Positions 48,401 to 64,000 of a DNA stretch of 64,000 bases are shown piece after piece (position 1 is the first letter of the stretch; the number at the start of each line of letters is the position of its first letter). Made by a program: the position numbers and the translations under genes. The notes beneath the pieces were generated by a model. It was not told the origin of the DNA, did not search any database, and saw only the letters and a program-made list of their open reading frames with translations. Source of the DNA: Neoechinorhynchus agilis (lineage: Eukaryota; Animalia; Acanthocephala); the NCBI GenBank assembly GCA_051530055.1, contig CM121343.1:3566389-3630388 (forward strand). The letters are read 5' to 3'.

Positions 48401-51400
48401 GCCCCTCTAAGTAAAATTCCAACCAATGTTTATGCTATCCAAACTACGCCATTTAGCTCATTAGCTGCCACTGACCCTTGTTGCACATCGCAAATGCGAT
48501 AGTATTTTGGTCTGGAAAATATGTTCATGATTTCCTTCGCAAGTTGAAGACTAACTACACGTGCAATCTTCGCTGATGCTTTACCGATCCTATTAAAGTG
48601 AAATTAATCGATTCGTTTTTATCGAAGAAAAAACTAACCAGATATATAACTCACCAAAGCAATCGCACAAGTACACGTTCTCCGATCTTAATATCTCTGG
48701 ACTTAAATAACGTGATTTCCGAACGGCTACCAGAAAACCGATAAAGGTTCATGTGTAAAGCAGAAAAAGCTAACGTTGAACAAGATGAACACCTCCGCGG
48801 CCAAACGTTAGTTTATAAATAATCGGAGGTGTTTTCCCAACGAAGTAATTATGTCCGTTGCTGCTTGATTTTTCTCTGATTTGTTTGCTACATACGATTG
48901 GAGACCCATTGCTTATTAATGACAAGAATTTTGAATTCTCCACTCCTTGATCAATTTGAATAATATTAGCCATGTGATTACGATCGAACGCATTTATGGT
49001 TTGGGCCATCAATCTTTTTCCCAAAATTTACTACAAGTGCAAATATCACTTTAATGTGCTGCATACCTTGCCTTTGATCTCGTAACAGAATTACAGTGCT
49101 TTCCATTCCAAAGATAAATCTCATTATTTGTGTCAATTAAAGTAACGGATTTCGAGTTTAGACTATCCGGTGCCACTTGGGCGTATCTAACGTCGAGATG
49201 CTTTGTGCCAGAGATAACGAATGCACGAGCTGGCATTGGTTGTAGATGTGGTTGTTCATCGTAATTATGACTCGAACCCTGTTCTATATATTCTTTAAAG
49301 TTTACAACAATTGTAATACTTACATCAGCATAGACAACTCTAAATCCACTTTCAGCATGACTGCCCTCTACATAATTTATGCCATTATTGAATATCCTTT
49401 TAAAATCAGCACTTTCTTGGTTTTGCTCCTGTCTATTTGTCCGACAAGTACATCCCAGTAAATGTCGAAGATTGACCGCATGCATCGCGGCGCATGCTCT
49501 CTTGTCGAGCTACAAAATAACCTTTTTCATTACACTTTGAAATATGGAATTTCTCCTATGTACACATTTAAATTTGTTTCTTAAGTTGTTTAAAATTTTA
49601 AATAGTTGCATCCTATTTGCGATGTATTTTAAAATCAGGAATTTCTCCAACATTACAGACACATCGTTGTTCTGTACATTATTTGAAATTTAAAAAATGG
49701 TTCCATTGTAGAGCTATTGGATTTTTCATTCTGTTAAATTTCAATCACATTTATCCTATTTGCGACGTATTTTAAAATCAGGAATTTCTCCAACATTACA
49801 GACACATCGTTGTTCTGTACATTATTTGAAATTTAAAAAAATGGTTGCATTGTAGAGCTATTGGATTTTTCATTCTGTTAAATTTCAATCACATTTATCC
49901 TATTTGCGACGTATTTTAAAATCAGGAATTTTTTCTACATTACAGACACATCGTTGTTCTGTATATTATTTGAAATTTAAAAAATGGTTGCATTGTAGAG
50001 AAGTGGCGATAATGCTTCTCACCGCTTTATAAAACGAAACCATCCAATAATTCGTTTTGAATAAATTGCAGCGATTTGAAGAATTAGTATGCAGTCTTGT
50101 ATAAAAATAATTTGTGAGAAAAGCTAAAAAGTCAATTTTAGAGTAAAATAGTCAAAGGATTTTAAATGAGCTGGGAACGCTTTTTTTCCACACGGGATAA
50201 GGTCGATCAAATGGTATTGTTACCAAAGAGCAATCCGATACGTAATTCATCACTATTTAGGTTTACAAATTTGGATTATACATACAGATGCATTTTTGCC
50301 AATCCAAAAATGGATTTCATGGTTTAAACTATGTGAATCATTGTACCACGTCCTTAAAACAATGTAGCAGTCACCAGTATGAAATGTGCCATGAAAATCT
50401 AAATTGTCAAAACGTAAAAGCTGGTAGTTTTCTCCACAGTATACCTTCTGACAGTTTGTTTGGAATTAAATTGTCTAATTCCCAACATGTGATTCCTGCA
50501 TTTAAAAGTATAATTAAAACTTTACCAGTTTGTCACACAAAAACACAAACCTGGGTTTTGGCCAATATTCGGGTCGAACGAAGCAGAAAAATTTAACGGA
50601 GATTTTGCCTCCTTCCTACATTTTTCATAATCTGATTGGACTGAAAGTTTCTAAAATACCCTAACGCAGTATCCTGATTTAACGGTTTTGTTTTTTGGTG
50701 TATGTTTGATGGCCGTCTTTTTGCATCAGAAGAGACCTATTCTTATACATTCTTGATAGCACTCTCTTGATATTTCATCTTCGAAACATACCAAATTGGA
50801 CGGTCTGCGTCTTTTAAGAGCAAGATAATCATTTCGACCTGAACAATAAAAGGTCCAATTATAACCAATAGTCTCATCTTTTACCTGCAGCTGAAAATCT
50901 CTTAAAATCATGGTATCCCTTGAATTGCAAGTCCTGTCGGTCGTTTGATGTTTTTTTCAGAAATTTGATTCGCTTGTTTCCGTACACATCTAAGAGCTGA
51001 TTGGTTTACTGATATTTCATATTTTTCAAGCGACATGCATAACTTGAAATAACCTTGAGATTAATATTGTGGATGGATGATGGCAATGAAATTAATTGAT
51101 TTGACGCTAATCGCAGAATTTCCAGCTTTTTGCACCTAGAATTATGATTTTCTTGTAAGTAATATTCTCAGGATAATTGAACTTGAAGAATCTCTCAAAG
51201 ATATTAAAATATGGTGAAAAGCACAATTGATACTATTTTACATTTATTATTGATTTGGCATTCTGAGCATCATCAGGTAGTTATAATAAATATCGAAATT
51301 AGATTTTTCATTCCTGGCTTCCGGTTGGCCCAAATAAATGCATCCCGGTCGCTGTATGGTTTCAGGATAATGATATTTTCTAAGGCTAATCTCAAATCGA

Positions 51401-52870
51401 AAATAGCTGATAGTTTGTAGAGCGAAGTAAAATCTCTTTTTGCGTGCTTTTTTAAAGTGAATTAATGATTATTTGACTACCTGCATATTTCTTCGGGAAT
51501 TACTTCAATATTATTGTTGCAAGCACTGAAAACGCGTAAATTAACGAGATTAGCGATTCCCACTGGTATGCCATCGAATGTTAATTGATTACTATCGATA
51601 TATAATTGTTCCAATTGAACGAGCTGCAGTAGACTCGGCTATAAATGTAAAGGTCTAAATGAACAATTGAACATTCTACTTACAGGTAGATGGTTTAGTT
51701 TGTTTCTTGAAACATTTAAGTTTTTAAGTTTAATGAGTGAACCTAAATGCGTACAGATATAAAATAGAAATTCTTTACCTTGAACACTGCAAATTTGAGT
51801 ACCAATATTAGGATCCAAGGAGCACAATCCACATTCGCTTAAATTAAGCGTAGTCAATTCCGTAAGCTGAAACACACATTGTGGAATTTGCTTAAGTCCA
51901 TTCTTTGATAGGTTTAATGCTATTTTGTATAAACTTAAAGCTCTGAAATTCAGATGGTTCAATGTAAACCTCTCAGTCTATGAGACTCAAGCATGGTAGT
52001 AAAATTCGACTCACTCCGTCCAGTGTCGGTTAAATTAAGATGCAATAAATTCTTTAAGGAACTTAACTGTCTAAATACCAACGTGGTTTTGTGCGAAATC
52101 GGAGTGAAAAAGTAAACCGTATTTGGCATTTATGAATCGGATTTTGACTTAAATCAAAATGGCGAAGTTTGCTTAGCCGTCGCACTTGCGGAGGGATGGA
52201 ATCTTCGTGAGATGCGTTAAAGATATTTCATGCAGTTTACGTGCTCACCAATTCTGTTGTGGCTGATATTGAGATGCAAGAGACAGTTAAGAGATAAGAA
52301 AAGTTCCGGTTGGATGGAACTGATGCTGCGATGAGAGTAATGCTCGTCCGTTTAAGAATATGACAAAAACCTGTTATGACTGAGATTAAGTACAGATAAC
52401 GACGTGAGATTGAAAATAAATCCCGGGATATTATCCAGAAGATTATAACTGATGTCCTAAAAGAAGGTGCTATCAATACTTAAATAAGGCTTTAAATTTA
52501 CAAGAACGGCTAAATTCGGAGTTTTCAGGTCACTTGAGAAGCTGTTTGTGTGTAGTTCGTTTGACCGCAAAACAAGTGTGCATAAGTAAGGCATATCGAC
52601 CAGTCTATTCTTCATTGTTTTTAATTTGTTGTCAGCAAGTTGAATAGACTCGAGCATTTTTAACAGTCGAATATCAAAAGGAATGTCTCTTAATTCCATT
52701 CGATTGACTGTCAACCATTTGAGCGAATTAAATCGTAAACATTGTGTTGGGAAAATTCCCTTAATTTGAATCTTTTTGTACGATTTAGTTTTAAATCACT
52801 AATTCCATACTTTACAATGATTATCCGACAAATCTAATCCATGTACGAATTTCGCGATGTGCTGAATCAT
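45484..52870 (-). CDS. FLII: Flightless-I (N-terminal LRRs plus gelsolin repeats); about 20 introns, all those examined GT-AG
   Basis: MIQHIAKFVHGLDLSDN, LRR repeats, [66 protein letters not shown] and FTRCFHGW. Confidence 0.93.
47971..48213. mobile_element. Near-perfect ~243-bp foldback MITE flanked by TA...TA in a FLII intron
   Basis: ~85-bp outer arms (TTTGTC.ATAGGAGAAAATAAATG...GATTGTTAAA and its reverse complement) and inner AGTGAGAGATAATA/TATTATCTCTCACT; TA on both sides. Confidence 0.85.
49610..50000. repeat. ~143-bp tandem repeat, about 2.7 copies, in a FLII intron
   Basis: ATCCTATTTGCGA recurs at 49610, 49753 and 49897. Confidence 0.9.
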
Positions 52871-53559
52871 AAAATTTGAGGTTTCTAAAAAGACAAAAGT
52901 AATTATTTCATTTGTGAAACTCGAAAACGGTCGTATAGTTTTTAAACCAAAATTGCAAACCATCTAAGCGATATTTGCTGTTACTGGAAGCGGGAAACGC
53001 CGAATAGGCTATGACAAGAGATATGTGCACTAAGATTTACTGCCGTTATTTCCAGCGTTCCTCGGCACACCTTTGTCTTCATGGTAGAGCTACACATCCC
53101 TCCTATCAGCTACAGACTCTCTGTGGTGGTGGTGGTGGCGGTGGTGGTGATGGTGGTAACAATCAGTAGGTGTTGATTGTGACTTTGTAATGGGAGGACC
53201 GCGGTGAATGGCACATTAGTGGTACAGTGGAAAATGTAACGGAGAAGGAGTCACCGAATCGCTGACTTGTCCATCTCAATCAAATGGTCGAAAATACAGC
53301 CCTTTTTTCATTATTGGACAACAACCGAACGGAATTTCTATATACAACAATCTAATGCACGATGAATGGCGCTTTAATGTCAGGGGTCATGCGGCGCAAT
53401 TGTTATTTGTGCTTACACCATTTTGACTATTTACTTTAATGAACAAAGATCCATCAGTAAAAATATGCGTCCAGAAATTGTGTAACATTCCTTCAGATTG
53501 TTGGCTTAAGATCGATCCGGGCTGTTTGCACACCGTTGCACAAATGAAAGTGCGCCTAG

Positions 53560-56515
53560 AAGTTTTTTATTAAAGATATTCTGAGAAACCTCGTCGGTCA
53601 ATAGCCTACGATATCGTCGTCCACTTCAATGAACTTTTGTTTAACTTAAAAATTTCTATAATCAGAAAGCCTTCCATTTATTGCGTTTCATTGAGTAACA
53701 TTAAAACTTTCTCCATTGGCAGATGAACTAATTGAACAATCGATATTCAACAATAAAACATTTACATCAACTTTACTCTTTTTTTAAGATTAAACTCAAA
53801 ACTACGATTACAAATGGCATTAAAATTCAAGCCACTTAGAATTCCATCTCAAAAAATGAAAAGTATGATTAAACCTTTTAAGGTTTTCCTAGAAAAATAA
53901 ACTTGCGCCTATGAGTTTTTATTTTTTATTAAAGACATTCTGAGAAACATCGTCGGTCAATAGCCTACGATATCGTCGTGCACCTCGATGAACTTTTATT
54001 TAACTTAAAAAATTTTATAATCAGAAAGCCTTTCATTTATTGCGTTTCATTGAGCAACATTAAAACTTTCCCCATTAACAGATGAAATAATTGAACAATC
54101 GGTAATCAACAATAAAACATTTACATCAAATTTTCAATTCACTTAGAATTCCATCTCAAAAAATGAAAAGTATGATTAAACCTTTTAAGGTTTTCCTAGA
54201 AAAAATAAAATTGCGCCTAGTTTTTATTTTTTATAAAAGACATTCTGAGAAACCTCGTCGGTCAATAGCCTACGATATCGTCGTGCACTTCGATGAACTT
54301 TTATTTAACTTAAAAAATTTTATAATCAGAAAGCCTTTCATTTATTGCGTTTCATTGAGTAACATTAAAACTTTCCACATTGGCAGATGAACTAATTGAA
54401 CAATCGATAATTAACGATAAAACATTTACATCAAATTTTCAATTCACTTAGAATTCCATCTCAAAAAATGAAAAGTATGATTAAACCTTTTGAGGTTTTC
54501 CTAGAAAAAATAAACTTGTGCCTATGAGTTTTTATTTTTTATTAAAGACATTCTGAGAAACCTCGTCGGTCAATAGCTTACGATATCGTCGTCCACTTCA
54601 ATGAACTTTTGTTTAACTTAAAAATTTCTATAATCAGAAAGCCTTTCATTTATTGCGTTTCATTGAGTAACATTAAAACTTTCTCCATTGGCAGATGAAC
54701 TAATTGAACAATCGATAATCAACAATAAAACATTTACATCAACTTTACTCTTTTTTTAAGATTAAACTGAAAACTACGATTACAAATGGCATTAAAATTC
54801 AAGTCACTTAGAATTCCATCTCAAAAAATGAAAAGTATGATTAAATCTTTTAAGGTTTTCCTAGAAAAAATAAAATTGCGCCTAGTTTTTATTTTTTATA
54901 AAAGACATTCTGAGAAACCTCGTCGGTCAATAGCCTACGATATCGTCGTGCACTTCGATGAACTTTTATTTAACTTAAAAAATTTCTATAATCAGAAAGC
55001 CTTTCATTTATTGCGTTTCATTGAGTAACATTAAAACTTTCCACATTGGCAGATGAACTAATTGAACAATCGATAATTAACGATAAAACATTTACATCAA
55101 ATTTTCAATTCACTTAGAATTCCATCTCAAAAAATGAAAAGTATGATTAAACCTTTTGAGGTTTTCCTAGAAAAAATAAACTTGTGCCTATGAGTTTTTA
55201 TTTTTTATTAAAGACATTCTGAGAAACCTCGTCGGTCAATAGCTTACGATATCGTCGTCCACTTCAATGAACTTTTGTTTAACTTAAAAATTTCTATAAT
55301 CAGAAAGCCTTTCATTTATTGCGTTTCATTGAGTAACATTAAAACTTTCTCCATTGGCAGATGAACTAATTGAACAATCGATAATCAACAATAAAACATT
55401 TACATCAACTTTACTCTTTTTTTAAGATTAAACTGAAAACTACGATTACAAATGGCATTAAAATTCAAGTCACTTAGAATTCCATCTCAAAAAATGAAAA
55501 GTATGATTAAATCTTTTAAGGTTTTCCTAGAAAAAAATAAAATTGCGCCTAGTTTTTATTTTTTATAAAAGACATTCTGAGAAACCTCGTCGGTCAATAG
55601 CCTACGATATCGTCGTGCACTTCGATGAACTTTTATTTAACTTAAAAAATTTTATAATCAGAAAGCCTTTCATTTATTGCGTTTCATTGAGTAACATTAA
55701 AACTTTCCCCATTGACAGATGAACTAATTGAACAATCGATAATTAACGATAAAACATTTACATCAAAATTTCAATTCATTTAGAATTCCATCTCAAAAAA
55801 TGAAAAGTATGATTAAACCTTTTAAGGTTTTCCTAGAAAAAATAAAATTGCGCCTAGTTTTTATTTTTTATAAAAGACATTCTGAGAAACCTCGTCGGTC
55901 AATAGCCTACGATATCGTCGTGCACTTCGATGAACTTTTATTTAACTTAAAAAATTTTATAATCAGAAAGCCTTTCATTTATTGCGTTTCATTGAGTAAC
56001 ATTAAAACTTTCCACATTGGCAGATGAACTAATTGAACAATCGATAATTAACGATAAAACATTTACATCAAATTTTCAATTCACTTAGAATTCCATCTCA
56101 AAAAATGAAAAGTATGATTAAATCTTTTAAGGTTTTCCTAGAAAAAAATAAAATTGCGCCTAGTTTTTATTTTTTATAAAAGACATTCTGAGAAACCTCG
56201 TCGGTCAATAGCCTACGATATCGTCGTGCACTTCGATGAACTTTTATTTAACTTAAAAAATTTTATAATCAGAAAGCCTTTCATTTATTGCGTTTCATTG
56301 AGTAACATTAAAACTTTCCCCATTGACAGATGAACTAATTGAACAATCGATAATTAACGATAAAACATTTACATCAAAATTTCAATTCACTTAGAATTCC
56401 ATCTCAAAAAAATGAAAAGTATGATTAAACCTTTTAAGGTTTTCCTAGAAAAAATAAACTTGCGCCTATGAGTTTTTATTTTTTATTAAAGACATTCTGA
56501 GAAACCTCTTCGGTC
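53560..56515. repeat. Satellite with ~306-bp and ~360-bp unit variants, 9-10 copies
   Basis: AAAATGAAAAGTATGATT recurs at spacings of about 307, 305, 360, 306, 360, 306, 305 and 307. Confidence 0.95.
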
Positions 56516-56639
56516 CTCGTACACTCGAGTCTTTATGAGTCTTATTCTTTATGCATTAACGAATAAAACGTTTAATTATTATCTTCCATTCACCTCCCTT
56601 GACAACGCATTTAATTATCTTTTTGCGTGGTTTTGAATC

Positions 56640-56700
56640 AATTGAGCCGTGAATCGAATCCGGGCAAACGGCTGGTGGCACATCCTTACAGGAGTCCACA
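56640..56700 (-). pseudogene. Degenerate tRNA-Gly(GCC)-like 3' half
   Basis: Minus strand GTGCCACC...GCCCGGATTCGATTCACGGCTCAAT resembles the tRNA-Gly T-arm and acceptor GCCCGGGTTCGATTCCCGGCCAAT; the 5' half is not recognisable. Confidence 0.3.
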
Positions 56701-57939
56701 AAAAACCGTTAGGGGGTTGAAATATCTCATGAAGGAGTTTTCTTTTAAACGTCTTATTTCAAAAGGATGTTTGATGTAGTTGAGACCGTGAAAATCTTTT
56801 CTTTGGATCCCAAACGGTTCTCGACTTTGGTCTATTGCTCCACATTCCATTGCACGATGACGAGGCCGAATAATCTCTCGCGAAATGAGTTCCCAGCGAA
56901 TGACGCAAAATTGAAAACGTATAAAAAGCGAAACACCAATTCCGCAATCACAATAATAATAATAATAAAATAATTTAACCGTTATTCTATTCCAAGTAAT
57001 CCACAATTTAAGGACTTGTTGCATTTTTCATTTTTCGTCGCATAAATCACTAAGTATTGTTTTATGACTCGATTCGTTCAGCACAGCGATCGTCGTTCAA
57101 AATAGTTAAACTAGTTAAAGCAACAAATCTTCCACTTAATTCCTGGAATTTCAATAAATCTACTTATTAAAAAATTGAATTTTGCACACATTCCATTAGA
57201 CGATTAGCCTTTATTGCGATTGGTCCGTTGTTGTAAATGCGCTAATTAATTTTTTGTGGATTGGTTTCTTTCGGTAAAATAATTTAAGTTGTCAAACCTT
57301 TCCTGTTTGGAAAAGAAGATCCTTATAATGATTTTTTTTCTAAATTTTACGGTTTATTTTTTAAGTTAAACTGAGAAGTATTTGATCTTTTTCGTTTTGG
57401 TTGTTCTTTTCACGAAATTTCGAATATGCTTTTACATCAAATATTCAAGAGGCTGAGCGAGAAAATCTTGTTCTAAAACTTTGGATTGATGGAGTTTTCA
57501 TCTTGGACGTCATTTGTTCCCTTACCGGGACAGTGTTGTTTCGCCAAATTTCTACAGGCGAAGCTTTTAGAAAAACACAACTCAGTGAACTTGTTTTTGC
57601 GACATGAATTTAAGTTCGTGTAAACTTCTCATTCACTACAAAACTTTCAAGACTTCGTTTGCTTAAGGATACAGTCGTCTATTTCCTCCATGTGATTGAA
57701 TATTTCAAATGCGCAGTATTCATTCTTCGTCTTGGGATTTCTATGATTAAATTAACCGAAATCGTCCTTGAAGTAGAAAACTGCTACTTGTTTCACTAAA
57801 CAAGTGCACGAGTGCATAATGAGTCTTTCTTTTGGTAGCTATACCACTCAGGATTTAAATGCTCTAAATTATTTCCGATATTTCACGTCGTATAATGCCG
57901 ACTTTTCCCTTTGATTCTCATCGTCTAAGCTTTTAAAAG

Positions 57940-59430
57940 TCATATGGAGAAAATCCTTCAGGATGATAAAGTTAGAATTGTGGTGGAGATATTCCCCTTG
58001 GTTAAAAGGTATTTCTGAGCAATAAAATACCTCTTTATCCTGGGAGTATCCTCACGACGATTCTAGTTTTTAACAGTCATATAAAGAAAATCCTTCGGGA
58101 TGATAAAGTTAGAATCGTGGTGGAGATATCCCTCTTAGTTAAAGGATATTTTATTGCGAAGAAATATTTCTTAAGCGAAGGAGTATCTTCACGACGATTC
58201 TAGTTTTTAAAAGTCATATAAAGAAAATCCTTCGGGATGATAAAGTTAGAATTGTGGTGGAGATATTCTCCTTGGTTAAAAGGTATTTCTGAGCAATAGA
58301 ATACCTCTTTATCCGGGGAGTATCTTCACGACGATTCTAGTTTTTAACAGTCATATAAAGAAAATCCTTCGGGATGATAAAGTTAGAATCGTGGTGGAGA
58401 TATCCTCTTAGTTAAAAGATATTTTATTGCGAAGAAATATTTCTTAAGCGAAGGAGTATCTTCACGACGATTCTAGTTTTTAAAAGTCATATAAAGAAAA
58501 TCCTTCGGGATGATAAAGTTAGAATTGTGGTGGAGATATTCTCCTTGGTTAAAAGGTATTTCTGAGCAATAGAATACCTCTTTATCCGGGGAGTATCTTC
58601 ACGACGATTCTAGTTTTTAACAGTCATATAAAGAAAATCCTTCGGGATGATAAAGTTAGAATCAAACCAAAAAAAAAACACGGAGTATCTTCACGACGAT
58701 TCTAGTTTTTAAAAGTCATATAAAGAAAATCCTTCGGGATGATAAAGTTAGAATGTGGTGGAGATATTCCCTTGTTAAAAGTATTTTGGAAAAATACCTC
58801 TTACGGAGTATCTTCACGACGATTCTAGTTTTTAAAAGTCATATAAAGAAAATCCTTCGGGATGATAAAGTTAGAATCGTGGTGGAGATATTCCTTGTTA
58901 AAAGTATTTTGGAAAAATATCTTACGGAGTATCTTCACGACGATTCTATTTTAAAAGTCATATAAAGAAAATCCTTCGGGATGATAAAGTTAGAATGTGG
59001 TGGAGATATTCTCCTTGGTTAAAAGGTATTTCTGAGCAATAAAATACCTCTTTATCCGGGGAGCATCTTCACGACAATTCTTGTTTTTAAAAGTCATATG
59101 GAGAAAATCCTTCGGGATGATAAAGTTAGAATTGTGGTGGAGATATTTTCCTTGGTTAAAAGGTATTTCTGAGCAATAGAATACCTCTTTATCCGGGGAG
59201 TATCTTCACGACGATTCTAGTTTTCAAAAGTCATATAAAGAAAATCCTTCGGGATGATGAAGTTAGAATTGTGGTGGAGATATTCTCCTTGGTTAAAAGG
59301 TATTTTATTGCTAAGAAATATTTCGCGGGAAAAACAAAGATTTTCAAATCTTTGCTGACTTCCTCTTTCGAAATAAATCTTAGCAATTAAATACCTCTTA
59401 AAAGGTTGAGTATCTTCACCGCAATTCTAG
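57940..59430. repeat. ~138-bp hairpin-forming satellite, about 11 copies, with A/B variants
   Basis: GAGTATCTTCACGACGATTCTAG...ATCCTTCGGGATGATAAAGTTAGAAT(C/T)GTGGTGGAGATAT repeated. Confidence 0.93.
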
Positions 59431-59659
59431 TTTTTGGAATTGTTATCTTTAAAGTTAGGATAAAATCGTCCATTTGAACGCAGATGAAAATCTTTTGGTG
59501 GATGGACGGTTTCTTTGCACGATCATCCGACGTGAAATATCGGTAACAAATCAGTCAATTTAAATTCTGGATGTTATAGCTACCAAAACAGAGTATATTT
59601 TCCTCCCCGAAGATAATGAGCCTAGATCGTTTCCATAAGAAGTATTTTCTTTGTTTTAG

Positions 59660-63306
<3,647 letters not shown>

Positions 63307-64000
63307 TATTCCACTAGGGCATCACGATGGTAAAATATAATATAGGAAAGTCACAAATATATGGATTCTGACAAGACGTTTCGTGAGGGATTGAGATTTG
63401 TGGGACTGGGCTTTTTCAAATACTACCGATTTCTATCGAAATATCCCTTAAATTGAATTTTCTATATTTATTATCAGTACCACTTTTAAGCAGTGACGGA
63501 AACTTTGACAAGGAATCGTCTGTAAACGCTTAGATGGCTGTTCATTAGATACTGTGCAATCAACGAGCTTTTACGGGGCACTATCGCAATAGTTCTCTAA
63601 AACTCTTGAATATTCATGAATTAAAAAGAAGCAACTTATTGACTTTACATTTTTCTTTTCGCTTTGTAGAAAGTGCCTCTATGGGACGCTGCCATGCTGG
63701 CATTCACGGTGACTACTTCATTATTGCTTCCGACTCGAAATCACGTGTGAGAAATACCACTTATACCAATTTGGAATGAGCTAAGTTTCTACCAATGATT
63801 TAACAGGTTCGAGATTGTTTTTATTCTCTTATTTCGTCCAGATTTATTATCGAACGGAAAATAGGTGTTTTATTTATTTATTGCTTCAAATTTTTCGACG
63901 CCTTGCGTCGTCGTCAGGAAGCTTTTCTTCGGTTATCTGAAAAGGAATCAGAGGAGGGCAACGCTGTCCGTCAGCTCATCCCTCAGGGGATGCTCAATAA

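Noticed and set aside
54163-56027. Repeated identical 75-aa ORFs
   Set aside because: By-product of the satellite; other units are broken by homopolymer indels.

Overview
Eukaryotic, almost certainly animal, genomic DNA. It is AT-rich, uses the standard code and has mostly 30-60-nt GT-AG introns; the species cannot be identified from sequence alone. Recognisable genes: mitochondrial ClpX (partial, 1-838, -), casein kinase 1 gamma (1233-4241, +), GSK3 (20248-21962, -), proteasome lid subunit PSMD13/Rpn9 (41624-42954, +), Flightless-I (45484-52870, -) and SERCA (59660-63306, +). The central 33 kb is a large inverted duplication (arms 5175-13571 and 24088-38189) around a 10.5-kb spacer. The arms differ by a Penelope-like fragment and by a 5.1-kb block. 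That block holds a 3.9-kb LINE inserted with a 12-bp target-site duplication into a histone-H3-like ORF, plus a cluster of tRNA-headed SINEs. Also present are two satellites, several MITE/foldback elements and decayed RT remnants. Most interesting observations: (1) four interruptions of conserved coding sequence (CK1, PSMD13, two in SERCA) have inverted repeats at their ends and are flanked by TA...TA; at least PSMD13, and probably SERCA intron 2, cannot be removed by GT-AG splicing without deleting conserved residues, whereas TA-to-TA excision restores them. (2) The SINE carries a complete hammerhead core whose three strands lie in a non-circularly permuted order. All alignments and folds were done by eye, so coordinates may be off by a few bases.
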